The translations under genes and the position numbers were made by a program. 36,682 nucleotides of DNA from a virus (taxonomy: Duplodnaviria > Heunggongvirae > Uroviricota > Caudoviricetes): IMG/VR virus record IMGVR_UViG_2609459792_000013, one strand, 5' to 3'. Of the stretch, positions 36,425 through 36,682 are shown piece after piece. The notes beneath the pieces were generated by a model. That model saw only the letters and a list, made by a program, of their open reading frames with translations. It had not been told where the DNA came from and searched no databases. The first letter of the stretch is position 1. Each line of letters starts with the position of its first letter.

Positions 36425-36682
36425 TCAGGCGTCCAGATTTTCTTTCACCCATGCAGCAAAATCGGTATAGCCGCCGATATGTTGCTGATCGACAAAAATC
36501 TGCGGCACGGTTTCTACGGGTTTACCTGCCTTTTGTTGTAGATCTTCTTTAGTGATCCCTTCCGCACGAATATCTACATACTGATACTGAAAATCATCGC
36601 GTTCATTGCTCAATTTCTCAGCCAGATCTTTTGCACGCACACAGTAAGGGCAACCCGAACGACCAAAAATAACGGTTTGCAT
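36425..36682 (-). CDS. grxA: Glutaredoxin 1
   Basis: 85 aa with the CPYC active site (MQTVIFGRSGCPYCVRAK...); window ends at its start codon. Confidence 0.9.
   Translation of the reverse strand: MQTVIFGRSGCPYCVRAKDLAEKLSNERDDFQYQYVDIRAEGITKEDLQQKAGKPVETVPQIFVDQQHIGGYTDFAAWVKENLDA

Noticed and set aside
1-36682. Searched by eye for CRISPR arrays, rRNA/tRNA genes and IS/transposase genes
   Set aside because: No regularly spaced direct repeats, no tRNA T-loop/acceptor-like sequence at the junctions, and no transposase-like ORF; the only recombinases are the integrase and the invertase.

Overview
The window is a nearly complete P2/186-like (Peduovirus-type) temperate prophage (about 1 to 33,900) followed by host genes that look like E. 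coli ybjL-ybjM-grxA. All protein identifications are from my recollection of these families and could not be database-checked. Backbone, left to right: integrase (minus), a 186-type immunity switch (cI minus; apl/cox-like and cII plus), small early ORFs, a TraR/DksA-type zinc finger protein, a Dam-like N6-adenine methylase, rolling-circle replication initiator A, a putative cos site, portal Q and terminase P (minus), then the late genes O N M L X, a lysis cassette (2-TM holin, SAR-type endolysin, nested spanins), R S, V W J I H, tail fibre assembly genes, a Gin/Hin-type invertase, FI FII E/E' T U D and an Ogr/B-like late activator. Three visibly AT-rich cargo insertions sit at classical P2 moron slots and are the best candidates for undescribed anti-phage or accessory systems: (1) a LexA-box-controlled module between A and cos (62-aa ORF plus 387-aa protein with an R-N-x3-H HEPN-like motif); (2) a two-gene module between cos and Q (96-aa protein plus 228-aa five-helix membrane protein); (3) a 583-aa antisense gene between S and V, also carrying an R-N-x3-H-x-G motif. 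The tail fibre locus has an invertible host-range segment bounded by hix/gix-like inverted sites with a 15-bp identical core. Other readable signals are three TGT-N12-ACA late-promoter dyads, a T_TTT_TTG slippery site giving the E/E' frameshift, and a small secreted Cys-rich ORF inside the cI-int operon. No rRNA, tRNA or CRISPR array was seen.
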